A stretch of DNA of 32,000 bases from the NCBI RefSeq assembly GCF_000019605.1, contig NC_010482.1, positions 390,001 through 422,000 on the forward strand. Reading direction: 5' to 3'. This stretch comes from Candidatus Korarchaeum cryptofilum OPF8 (GTDB taxonomy: Archaea; Korarchaeota; Korarchaeia; Korarchaeales; Korarchaeaceae). Below the pieces are notes generated by a model. That model was not told where the DNA came from. It did not search any database and saw only the letters and a list, made by a program, of their open reading frames with translations. How positions within the stretch are numbered: the first letter of the stretch is position 1; every line of letters starts with the position of its first letter. The position numbers and the translations under genes were made by a program. Of this stretch, positions 12,953 through 21,481 are shown piece by piece.

Positions 12953-13771
12953 ATGCTGTACATCGCACTCCCCCATATGCAGATCGTTCTTCTAATAGTC
13001 ATCGCGATCTTCATTGCTCTCTTCTATGCATTGAGCTCTAAGACCTCGAAAAAATACGTTGAGGGCGCACGTCTAGTGGTCCTCGTGGACAATAATCCTC
13101 AAAAGCAGGGACTTAGAACAGCCTGGGGCCTCTCAGTTTACGTTGAGGCTAATGGAATGAGATTGCTCTTCGATACCGGGCCAGAACCGGCTGTCCTGAA
13201 GGTTAACGCTGAGGAGCTAGGTGTGGATCTGAGTAAGGTGGATTTCGTCGTAATAAGTCATTCGCATGGGGATCACACGAATGGATTGAAGCTCTTAGCC
13301 TCGATTAAGCCTGGAATCGTCGTTTATATTCCACCGGATGAGGGCCTCGAGAGGTACGTTAGGAGCTTGGGCCTGAGGCCAGTTCAAGTTAACAGTACTC
13401 TCGAGATAGCCGGAGGGATATACGTAGTTAAACCGCTCTACGGCCCTCCTATCGAGGAGGCCCTAGCCATAGAGACGAGCGGAGGATTAATTATAGTAGT
13501 AGGCTGCAGTCATCCCGGTATCGTGAACGTCGTCAGGCAGGCCGCGAGGGATATAGGAGCGAGGCCCTACATCGTTCTAGGAGGGTTCCATATGGCCGGA
13601 GCTAAGCCTCAAGAAGTTCAGGGAGTCATATCTCAGCTCCTGGAGATGGGAGTGGAGAGGATATACCCCTTACACTGCAGCGGGGAAGCCATAAGGAGCT
13701 ACCTCTATGGTGAGAGCTATAGAGGGGGCGGAGTGGGTCTGGAAATAATTCAAGATGTCGTAAACGACTAG
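12953..13771 (+). CDS. MBL-fold metallo-hydrolase (COG1237-like) with an N-terminal hydrophobic segment
   Basis: VISHSHGDH (HxHxDH) motif, and LVVLVDNNPQKQGLRTAWGLSVYVE is typical of COG1237. N-terminal IVLLIVIAIFIALFYAL. Possible starts are TTG 12935, ATG 12953 and ATG 12977. Confidence 0.8.
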   Translation: MLYIALPHMQIVLLIVIAIFIALFYALSSKTSKKYVEGARLVVLVDNNPQKQGLRTAWGLSVYVEANGMRLLFDTGPEPAVLKVNAEELGVDLSKVDFVVISHSHGDHTNGLKLLASIKPGIVVYIPPDEGLERYVRSLGLRPVQVNSTLEIAGGIYVVKPLYGPPIEEALAIETSGGLIIVVGCSHPGIVNVVRQAARDIGARPYIVLGGFHMAGAKPQEVQGVISQLLEMGVERIYPLHCSGEAIRSYLYGESYRGGGVGLEIIQDVVND

Positions 13772-14018
13772 GGGAGGCCTTAGATCGGGGAGTAGCTATT
13801 TGAGATTATTACGCTTAAATACTTTATTCGAGAGAGTCCATTGCTCCCCAATGAGCTGCCCTTACTATAAAGAACTCACATTATCGTCTCACAATTTCAT
13901 AGACTCCAAGGTTCTTAAAGGTCTTGACTCTCACTAGCACTCACATTTCTCATTTTTCAAGCTGAATAGGGCTCAGCAATTTTTATAAGACATCCCTCGG
14001 CTAAATCCGGAGGGAACC

Positions 14019-14495
14019 TTGATCGTACTGCCTAAGAAGATCGAGAGGAAGCTGAAGGAGGAAGCTGAGAAAACTGGAGTCTCCGAAGAGGAGCTCGTGC
14101 TGGAGGCTCTATCCAAAGCACTTAATGAACCCCTAGATCCGGAGGCAAGGTTAGAAGTCCACTTGAAGCTCTCGGAGAAGTACATGAGGGAAGCGGAGGA
14201 TCTCCTGGCTAAGGGGGATTACGCTCAGGCTTCCGAGAAAGCCTGGGGAGCCGCCGCTCAGATAGTTAAAGCATTAGCTGCGAGAGAGGGGAAGGAGATA
14301 AGGAGCCACAGGGAGCTGAATGAGGAGGTTTCCAGGATATCGAAGGGCACAGGGGATGATGAGATAAGAGCTCTATGGCAGTCTGCGGCAGCGCTTCACC
14401 AGAACTTCTATGAAAACTGGCTCCCTCCTGATATGGTCGAGGGAAATATCAGGGATGTGAGGAAGTTTGTGGAGAAGATGAGGAAGCTCTTCTGA
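14019..14495 (+). CDS. PaREP1-family protein (HEPN-like four-helix bundle with an RHH-like N-terminus)
   Basis: KGDYAQASEKAWGAAAQIVKALAAREGKEIRSHRELNEEV...LWQSAAALHQNFYENWL matches my recollection of the PaREP1 consensus. TTG start at 14019. Confidence 0.75.
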   Translation: MIVLPKKIERKLKEEAEKTGVSEEELVLEALSKALNEPLDPEARLEVHLKLSEKYMREAEDLLAKGDYAQASEKAWGAAAQIVKALAAREGKEIRSHRELNEEVSRISKGTGDDEIRALWQSAAALHQNFYENWLPPDMVEGNIRDVRKFVEKMRKLF

Positions 14496-14616
14496 GTTCA
14501 TGGATAGAAGCTACCTAATGCTCAACTAGTGCATCGAACATACAAGCCTTTTACAGAAGCGAGAAAATTCATTTTAAAATGTGTGGAGGAAGGTCTATTC
14601 ACGCGATCTCGGGGGT

Positions 14617-15063
14617 GTGAAGTTGAGGCTCTGGTCAATCCATCCCAAGTACTTAGATCGCATCGGTCTAGTTGCCGTTTGGAGGGAAGGTCTATTGGCT
14701 AAGCGAGTTCTCGAGGGGAAGACGAAAGGTTACCGAAATCACCCCCAACTCTTGAGATTTAAGGAGAGCGAGAGGCCGCTGGATTCAATCGATGCGTATC
14801 TCTTTCAGATATATCTAGAGGCGAGGAGGAGGGGGTATTCGTTCGATATCTCTAAAATAAGGGACATTGAGCTTCTAGGGATTCTGAAAGTAACTAGGGG
14901 GCAACTTGAGTTTGAATTCACTCATCTGCTGATAAAATTAGAAATGCGTGATAGGAGGAAGTTCGAGGAGCTGAAGAATTTAGATCTTAGAGACTTGGAG
15001 CCCAATCCGATCTTCATAGTAATTGAGGGTGGGGTAGAGAAGTGGGAGAAATCTTCAATATGA
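14617..15063 (+). CDS. Pyrimidine-dimer DNA glycosylase / T4 endonuclease V-like family protein
   Basis: RLWSIHPKYLDRIGLVAVWREGLLAKRVLEGKTKGYRNHPQLLRF is the hallmark N-terminus of this family. The ORF opens at GTG 14581. Family members start at M-R-L-W, which favours GTG 14617 or TTG 14623. Confidence 0.8.
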   Translation: MKLRLWSIHPKYLDRIGLVAVWREGLLAKRVLEGKTKGYRNHPQLLRFKESERPLDSIDAYLFQIYLEARRRGYSFDISKIRDIELLGILKVTRGQLEFEFTHLLIKLEMRDRRKFEELKNLDLRDLEPNPIFIVIEGGVEKWEKSSI

Positions 15064-15265
15064 CTGATAATTCCCTAAAACCGGCTAATTATGAATTAAT
15101 CGATCATAGCGTTATAATCGCGATTAACGCACTTCAGCTTCATTGAGTATTTAGGCGGCTGAAATCCGCATCGCTCCTTTACTCTGAATCTATCCTCTAT
15201 CCCTTCTACGATGGGGAAGGAGAAGCTCCGCTCATATATCTTTAAAAAGATCGAGGGAAGCTCCC

Positions 15266-15907
15266 ATGATGCTCCCCCTGATCTTAGCGATCATAACACT
15301 ACTGATAGCGAGCTTATACGACCTGAAGGATAGGCAGGTCCCCGATGAGCTCTGGGTACCGGGGGTAGCGGTTGGCTTATCCATCAAGGTATTGGAATGG
15401 GAGCGAACTGTGAAATTCCTAGAGAATTACTGGCCCTTCCTCCTTCTCCTCGCGATAATGCTCTTAATAGAGTGGTTCCTCTCTACATCAGGTGAGGCTG
15501 ACCTCCTAGCTTACCTTACACTAGCATCACTGATGTCCGGAAAGTGCTGGTTTCCAGACGCCCTCATCATATACATAGCATCGAAGGTGCTGATGGTCCT
15601 AACTCTGCCCTTCCAGTTCTTATTGAACTTGATCACTGTGATGAGGCATCCCGAGTTAATTGAGGGATTCGATGAGCCTATCTGGAGGAAGTTGCTTGCT
15701 CTGCTACTATTGACTCCCTACAGGAGGCCTCTCTCCTTCTACGCAACGGTAGCTGAGATTGAGGTGGGAGGGAAGAGGAAGTTCGTCTTGAGAGCTGCTC
15801 TCAAACCCATAAGCGATGAGATGCCGGAGGAAGGGAAGTGGATAGCACCCACTTATCCTATGATTCCCTTCATACTGGCTGCGACCATCATAACCGCATT
15901 ATGCTGA
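15266..15907 (+). CDS. A24-family aspartic peptidase (archaeal prepilin/preflagellin peptidase-like)
   Basis: Polytopic membrane protein. First catalytic Asp motif ASLYDLKDRQVPDELW. Candidate second motif SGEADLL (a variant of GxGD). TATA-like tatatctttaaaaag at 15233-15248. Confidence 0.7.
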   Translation: MMLPLILAIITLLIASLYDLKDRQVPDELWVPGVAVGLSIKVLEWERTVKFLENYWPFLLLLAIMLLIEWFLSTSGEADLLAYLTLASLMSGKCWFPDALIIYIASKVLMVLTLPFQFLLNLITVMRHPELIEGFDEPIWRKLLALLLLTPYRRPLSFYATVAEIEVGGKRKFVLRAALKPISDEMPEEGKWIAPTYPMIPFILAATIITALC

Positions 15908-16182
15908 AGTGAAACTGAAAATTCTGAAGGGCTTCAAAACATTTCTACTGCGTCTCCGCGGCATCGAGTAACTCTCTCAGCTCCTTCTTCATAGATCTCC
16001 TCTCTATATGGTTCGCAGATGATTTCCCTAAACTTATCTACGGAGCCCTAGGATAATTTCGAGTGCATTTTCTCAGTTCCGCAGTATAACTCGCCCCCTA
16101 TAACGCTTCAGATTGATCGCTTAAAAGAGATCTTCTCCGGCTCAGAGGGGTTCTATAATCCTCATATGCGGTCAGAACGGCT

Positions 16183-16914
16183 TCAGAGATGCCTAGGCGC
16201 GGCCTCCGCTAATTCCATGAAAGATATCACGGGCACCCCGAATTCTTCTTCAAGTCTTTCGCGCATCTTTCCGATGGATATCACAGTGAATATACCTGAG
16301 ACATTAGCTCTAGCCTCTCTGCAGAGATTCATCAATGCTCTCATTGCAGCTCCTGTCCTGATTATATCGTCAGCTAGGAGTACGTACTCCCCTCTCCTCA
16401 GGGCATCCTTATGCAAGTAGATGTACCTATAAGTCCCGGATCCGAAGACCTGCTTTATCTCTATGAACTTCCTCACGCCTATCTCCTTCGATTTCCTGGC
16501 TACCGCTACTTCCTTACCGAATATAGAGGCTATCTGATATGCTACGGGTATCCCATCGGTCTCTATCGTTAGCACTCTGTCTATCTTCACGGAGTTCATC
16601 CTCTCATACTCCGATAAAATGATATATTTTAGAAGAACCGGATCATATATTATAAAACTGTTATCCACTACACCGAACTCATCAACTATAATTCTATTCT
16701 TCACTTCCATTATTAGGTATTTTTTCTTGAGGAGATTGAAGATAGAGCGGGCTATCTCGAGTCCGGGGATGACGTGTCCATTCACGTACCTACTCAGAGC
16801 GGTAGGTGGTATATTCAGCATGGATGATAGCTCCTTGTAGGGCATCATCGTCTTGAGTATCCTCAGGGCTTCGATGGAGTTGAGCCTGTACATCAACTCC
16901 TCAAATTTCTTCAA
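16183..16914 (-). CDS. PurR-like protein: N-terminal HTH fused to a type I phosphoribosyltransferase domain
   Basis: HTH segment YKELSSMLNIPPTALSRYVNGHVIP. PRPP-binding loop VLLADDIIRTGAAMRAL. The architecture matches PurR/GfcR-type PRT-fold regulators. Confidence 0.75.
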   Translation of the reverse strand: MKKFEELMYRLNSIEALRILKTMMPYKELSSMLNIPPTALSRYVNGHVIPGLEIARSIFNLLKKKYLIMEVKNRIIVDEFGVVDNSFIIYDPVLLKYIILSEYERMNSVKIDRVLTIETDGIPVAYQIASIFGKEVAVARKSKEIGVRKFIEIKQVFGSGTYRYIYLHKDALRRGEYVLLADDIIRTGAAMRALMNLCREARANVSGIFTVISIGKMRERLEEEFGVPVISFMELAEAAPRHL

Positions 16915-16967
16915 CTACCTGGCCCCCGCTCAATCCCCCACGATAAAAAGTTAAAGTGAAGCTTACT

Positions 16968-17558
16968 CTAGGCCCTCTCAACTCTCTTGAACACAGGGAG
17001 CTCATCGAGGTATATTAGATCACCCTCATACCAGGGACCCTCTATCCATATCGCGGCCTTGCAGGCGATTATGCCTTCAGCTCTCTCAATCAATCTCTCT
17101 AAGGCGGTGATAGTCCCTCCTGTCGAAACCACGTCGTCGATAATGCACACTCTCTTGCCTCTCACCCTATCCACATCCTCCTTAACCAGTATCAGGACTT
17201 GCTTGGCTTTAGTAGTGATAGAAGAACACTCCTCAATGAGGTAATCGGTCATATAAGCTTTCACCGATTTCCTAGCTATCACTAACCTCTTATGCCCGAG
17301 CCTCTTAGCTAACTCATAAGCGAATGCTATAGCCTTGGCTTCAGGCGTGACTAATATCTCGGGGTCGTATCGTTTAACCTTATCATGCATCAACTCGGCT
17401 GCGGCTTGTATGAACTCCATATCCCCGAGGATGAGATCCGCATTGGAAGCTATCCACAGATCCTCCGAGACTTGTATAACTGGAAGCTCTCTGACCACTC
17501 CACCTATATTGATAGTATGACTCTTCTGCCCTCTATACTCTAATACTCGTTTATTCAT
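16968..17558 (-). CDS. Type I purine phosphoribosyltransferase (APRT / 6-oxopurine PRT-like)
   Basis: PRPP loop VCIIDDVVSTGGTITAL. The ORF extends to 17615, but the ATG at 17558-17556 (MNKRVLEY...) overlaps the ecfT stop as ATGA, so I take it as the start. Confidence 0.8.
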   Translation of the reverse strand: MNKRVLEYRGQKSHTINIGGVVRELPVIQVSEDLWIASNADLILGDMEFIQAAAELMHDKVKRYDPEILVTPEAKAIAFAYELAKRLGHKRLVIARKSVKAYMTDYLIEECSSITTKAKQVLILVKEDVDRVRGKRVCIIDDVVSTGGTITALERLIERAEGIIACKAAIWIEGPWYEGDLIYLDELPVFKRVERA

Positions 17559-18274
17559 ACCGAACTCACCAAGATGCTGTCGCAGTAGAGCAGAAGGGCT
17601 ATTAGTAGGAGGCATCCGAAGGTGATAAGTAAATCCCTAGCCCTCAAAGGGCTGGATCTCTTACTGGTCAGCAGAGTGGGCCTGAGCTCCAAAGCCAGCA
17701 CCATCTTCTCCGCGCTATCTATACTCCTAATTAGCAGCGGGAGGAGCAGGGGGATGTGCGATTTGACCCTCTTGATGAGGGAGCCCTTATCGAGTTCGAG
17801 GCCTCTTGAAGTGTGAGCTTCCTTAATTGATTTATAGTCTTCAGCGATTATATAGAGGGTTCTGAGAGCTAACGCTAGCACTGCAGTGACTACTGGCGGA
17901 ACTCTCAATGAGTTCAGGGCTCTAACTATCTCCGTGGGCTTAACGGATATTAAGAAAGTCATCGATATCATTATGATCAAAAGCAACCTGATCGTCATGA
18001 ATAAGCCTAGAGATAAATCGAATCCAGTTGATGCGTGGAATAAGGACCACTTGTTCAGGAAGGTCCAGAGGGGAAACGCTAGAAGGATGATGGGTATGAA
18101 GTTCCTCAGTCTTGAGAGCACTGATGCGAGGGAGCCTGTGAGCGCTAGGATGATCATAGATGAGACCAGTAATGAAATTAGAGAGTAGATGCTCTTGCAT
18201 AAGAACGCTGAGGAGAACCATGCGGCAAATAGGAAGAGCTTAACCCTAGGATCCAACCCTATCCTGTAATACAT
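17555..18274 (-). CDS. ecfT: ECF transporter transmembrane (T) component
   Basis: Polytopic protein. Coupling-helix motifs EAHTSRGLEL and KMVLALELRP correspond to the two A-R-G type motifs of EcfT/CbiQ. It follows the ATPase gene with overlapping reading frames. Confidence 0.8.
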   Translation of the reverse strand: MYYRIGLDPRVKLFLFAAWFSSAFLCKSIYSLISLLVSSMIILALTGSLASVLSRLRNFIPIILLAFPLWTFLNKWSLFHASTGFDLSLGLFMTIRLLLIIMISMTFLISVKPTEIVRALNSLRVPPVVTAVLALALRTLYIIAEDYKSIKEAHTSRGLELDKGSLIKRVKSHIPLLLPLLIRSIDSAEKMVLALELRPTLLTSKRSSPLRARDLLITFGCLLLIALLLYCDSILVSSV

Positions 18275-19703
18275 TTACCCTCACCTCTGCCGATAGAGGC
18301 TCTATCCCCGCTTCCTCAACCAACCTATCATCGCTCAGGAGCTTCGATGGGTCCCCCTCCGCATATACAGTGCCATCCTTCAGTATAGCCAATCTATCCG
18401 CCACCGATAGTGTGAAGTCAGAATCGTGAGTCACTATTACGACTGTCTTACCGGAATTGGAGAGCTTCTCTATTACTTCCCTTATCTGCCTCAATGTATC
18501 CTCATCCTGACCTGTAGTGGGCTCATCGAAGACTATTATCTCGGGATTCATCGCTAGAACTGAAGCGGCATACAGCCTGATCTTCTCCCCCATGCTCAAG
18601 GAGCCCGGGCTATCGTCCTTCCTATCTAAGAGGCCCAGCATGCGCAAAGCTTCTGCGACTCTCTCCTCCCCAAACCCGAGATTCCTAGCACCGAAAGCGG
18701 CTTCATCCCAAACGGTCTCAGAGACGAAATACCTCTCCGGATTCTGGAAGACCATGCCCACGAATTTAGACATAGATGCCGGGCTGACGCTCCGAGTATC
18801 TATGCCCTTAACTATTACGGAGCCCCTCGAGGGTTTGAGGAGCCCGTTGATGTGCTTCATTAAGGTGGTCTTACCTGAACCGTTAGGCCCCATTATCGCG
18901 AAGACCTCGCCCTTCCTTATACTCAGCGTGATATCCTTCAGTACGTAATCTCTATCCTTATTATACCTGAAATGTACCCCTCTGAACTCAATTATGGGTC
19001 CTCCGTAATTACCATCGCACATTCTCGGGATCTTCGCTTCTCCGAATATCATATGATTTTCATAGCTCTGCCTCAGATGGACCACTCTATCTATCACATC
19101 CTCCAATCCCCTGAGTTTCCTAGTGAGCACAACGATCCCTTTTCCATCTTTTTTTAATAATTCTATCGTTTTAGCTATTATTCTTCTACCATTCCAATCA
19201 AGGTTAGCTAGAGGATCATCCATTACAATGTATTTAGGATCGGATAGCATCATGGAAGCTATGACTAACCTGTGCTTCAAACCTCCTGAGAGCTCGTGAG
19301 TATAGTAATCTCCGTACTTTTCCAGCCCGAAGAACTCTAAGATCCACTCAATATTCCCTTCCCCTCTGAGGCTTATCTCAAGATCCTCCTCTACTGTCAA
19401 GCCGAATATCTGCAACTCGTAATTCTGGAGGACTACACCAATCGAACTTATCCTCTCCCTTATTGAGCTGCCGGATAGATCCTCTCCATCGACCTTAATG
19501 CTCCCCCGCAAATCAGCGAATATCCTATTCGGGATTATCCCTGAGATGCAGTGAGCTAGAGTGGTCTTGCCTGAGCCCGATGGGCCCACTATCGCTAACG
19601 CCTCACCGGCTTTGACATAAAAAGATAGATCTTTGAGTATCCAGTCTGAGTTAGGATACCTGCAGCTTAAATTCATCACTTCTAGGGCCCTCAAAGCCTC
19701 CAC
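18246..19703 (-). CDS. Fused double ABC ATPase of an ECF transporter (EcfA-EcfA')
   Basis: Two NBDs. NBD1: GPSGSGKTT / LSGGLKHR / IVMDDPLANLD / VVLTRKL. NBD2: GPNGSGKTT / LSMGEKIR / IIVFDEPTTGQD / VVIVTHDSD. Confidence 0.9.
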   Translation of the reverse strand: MEALRALEVMNLSCRYPNSDWILKDLSFYVKAGEALAIVGPSGSGKTTLAHCISGIIPNRIFADLRGSIKVDGEDLSGSSIRERISSIGVVLQNYELQIFGLTVEEDLEISLRGEGNIEWILEFFGLEKYGDYYTHELSGGLKHRLVIASMMLSDPKYIVMDDPLANLDWNGRRIIAKTIELLKKDGKGIVVLTRKLRGLEDVIDRVVHLRQSYENHMIFGEAKIPRMCDGNYGGPIIEFRGVHFRYNKDRDYVLKDITLSIRKGEVFAIMGPNGSGKTTLMKHINGLLKPSRGSVIVKGIDTRSVSPASMSKFVGMVFQNPERYFVSETVWDEAAFGARNLGFGEERVAEALRMLGLLDRKDDSPGSLSMGEKIRLYAASVLAMNPEIIVFDEPTTGQDEDTLRQIREVIEKLSNSGKTVVIVTHDSDFTLSVADRLAILKDGTVYAEGDPSKLLSDDRLVEEAGIEPLSAEVRVNVLQDRVGS

Positions 19704-20257
19704 TTAATCAGCCCCCTCTTGAGGAGAGGCGGCGTTATAGCACCCACCACTATGGGCGTCCCTATGAGTATCGGAGGTATATCGCTCAATATCAGGAGTA
19801 CTACAGCCGCTCCGAATGGGGCCACGCCCACGAGATCGAACCCTATAGCGACTATCGGTACCATTACAATACCTGAGATCAAGCTGACTAAAGCCACCTT
19901 CAGCAATCCCCTCTTGGATAAAGAGTCATTCGGCTTGCAGAAGTACCCCGGAATCAAACCCGTCAAACCAACCCCTATCAAGTCGAAGATAGGCGTTGCG
20001 GGGTTGAAGTACCCACCTATTATGGCCCAGAGCGTGTTACCGAGGGCTCCGGCCACGAATCCCGTGATGGGGCCATAAAGTATACCGAAGACGCAAGGTA
20101 GGAATGCTAAGACACGCCAGTGTATAGCTCCGGGGATGAGAGGTATAGGAGCCGTTAATAGGAATCCGATAGCTGTGACGGCTGATGAAACGGCCATATA
20201 TGTTACTGCTGTGAGTGCATCCGGTCTCCTGAACACAGCAGGGCTCTCCTGACTCAT
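19691..20257 (-). CDS. ECF transporter substrate-specific (S) component, specificity unknown
   Basis: 188 aa with about 6 TM helices. It is the first gene of the S-AA'-T unit and overlaps the ATPase start by 13 nt. I cannot assign it to a known S family by eye. Confidence 0.65.
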   Translation of the reverse strand: MSQESPAVFRRPDALTAVTYMAVSSAVTAIGFLLTAPIPLIPGAIHWRVLAFLPCVFGILYGPITGFVAGALGNTLWAIIGGYFNPATPIFDLIGVGLTGLIPGYFCKPNDSLSKRGLLKVALVSLISGIVMVPIVAIGFDLVGVAPFGAAVVLLILSDIPPILIGTPIVVGAITPPLLKRGLIKWRL

Positions 20258-20276
20258 ATGATGAGCTCTTACATCA

Positions 20277-20287
20277 TTTATATAAAA
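20277..20287 (-). promoter_or_regulatory. TATA box of the ECF/PRT operon
   Basis: The minus strand reads ttttatataaa, centred about 25 nt upstream of the ATG at 20257. This implies a leaderless transcript and a promoter separate from purP. Confidence 0.5.
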
Positions 20288-20380
20288 TTGACTGACAGGT
20301 ACCTAGAAAATTAACAAGATCATGTAAGGCGCTTTTCATCTCCGGTCTCGGGAAGATTTCTCCCCGTCCCGTCCGATAAT

Positions 20381-21481
20381 TTAATAAATTATTTTATGAA
20401 GAGAACCCGACTTCACGGCTTCTTTTATCTCTCTAGCTATCCTCCTACCCATGGACATAGGCTCATCGTAGTAATAGTAAGAGTAAGGTGAGCCATCGGT
20501 GTAGAGGTTCGTCCCAGCTACTATCCTAGCGGATACCTCGAATGTGATGAAGCCCCTGGAGGGATTATATATCATCTCCATGCAGAACGGACCTATCAAG
20601 CCGGGATAGAAGAGCCTCCTCGACGAGGAAATTATCTTAACAGCATCTCTCAGCAAATCAACTAGATATTTCTCCCTCACGATCACGGGTATGTTGCCGG
20701 TGACGGTATAGTCCATGAAATCCTCCATGAGATCGGGTAAGCCCCTATGTATCTCATCGATAACCTCAAGACGGCGATCTATCCCCAATAACTCAAGTCT
20801 CCCCCCCTCTAAATCTGCTATATTCTCCCCCTCGATCGGGCTGAAGAAGAAGTGCGGGTAGAACCTCACCCCGACTATGAATTCCTCTATCACGACATCC
20901 TCGAGACTCCCAACTAAACCCCTCTCCTTGAGCTCACTGAACTTTTCGTAGAATTCCTCAGGGCTTGAGGCTTTGAAATATCCCTTTCCACCCTTAGCTC
21001 CATGTAGCTTGACTATCACAGGCCTATCTATATCCTCAGGACTCCTATATATTCTCGGAGTCGGTACGCCCGCATCCTCCAGCCATTTCCTCTGCCTCCT
21101 CCTATCCCCCTCCCAGTAGAGCGTCAATCTATTGCCGAACATGGGCACTCTGAATCTCTCCAGTATGTTCTCACTCCCTACGTATTCTACGAAAGATCCG
21201 TGAGGTATCATTATGACGTTCTCAGAGATGAGCTCCTCCTGAGTCTCTTCGCTCAGCAGATCTCCGTAACTATCGACTTCAATGAATATATCTGGCGATG
21301 CCCTCGGGAAGCTCTCATAATAGGGCTTATTCTCCCTCAGAACTATACCGACGCTTCTGAGACCTTCTCTCCGCGCTCCATTGAATATCTGAAGGGAGGA
21401 GTGGGAGCATATAGTACCTATCTTCACGTCGGACTCATCGTACTTCGATAGGACACTGAGTATCCTCTCCCTAGGTATCAT
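20381..21481 (-). CDS. purP: PurP-family ATP-grasp enzyme (FAICAR synthetase, formate- and ATP-dependent)
   Basis: N-terminal IGTICSHSSLQIFNGARREGLRSVGI followed by an ATP-grasp body. It is collinear with the upstream paralog. The start overlaps the upstream stop as ATGA (21478-21481). Confidence 0.85.
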   Translation of the reverse strand: MIPRERILSVLSKYDESDVKIGTICSHSSLQIFNGARREGLRSVGIVLRENKPYYESFPRASPDIFIEVDSYGDLLSEETQEELISENVIMIPHGSFVEYVGSENILERFRVPMFGNRLTLYWEGDRRRQRKWLEDAGVPTPRIYRSPEDIDRPVIVKLHGAKGGKGYFKASSPEEFYEKFSELKERGLVGSLEDVVIEEFIVGVRFYPHFFFSPIEGENIADLEGGRLELLGIDRRLEVIDEIHRGLPDLMEDFMDYTVTGNIPVIVREKYLVDLLRDAVKIISSSRRLFYPGLIGPFCMEMIYNPSRGFITFEVSARIVAGTNLYTDGSPYSYYYYDEPMSMGRRIAREIKEAVKSGSLHKIIY

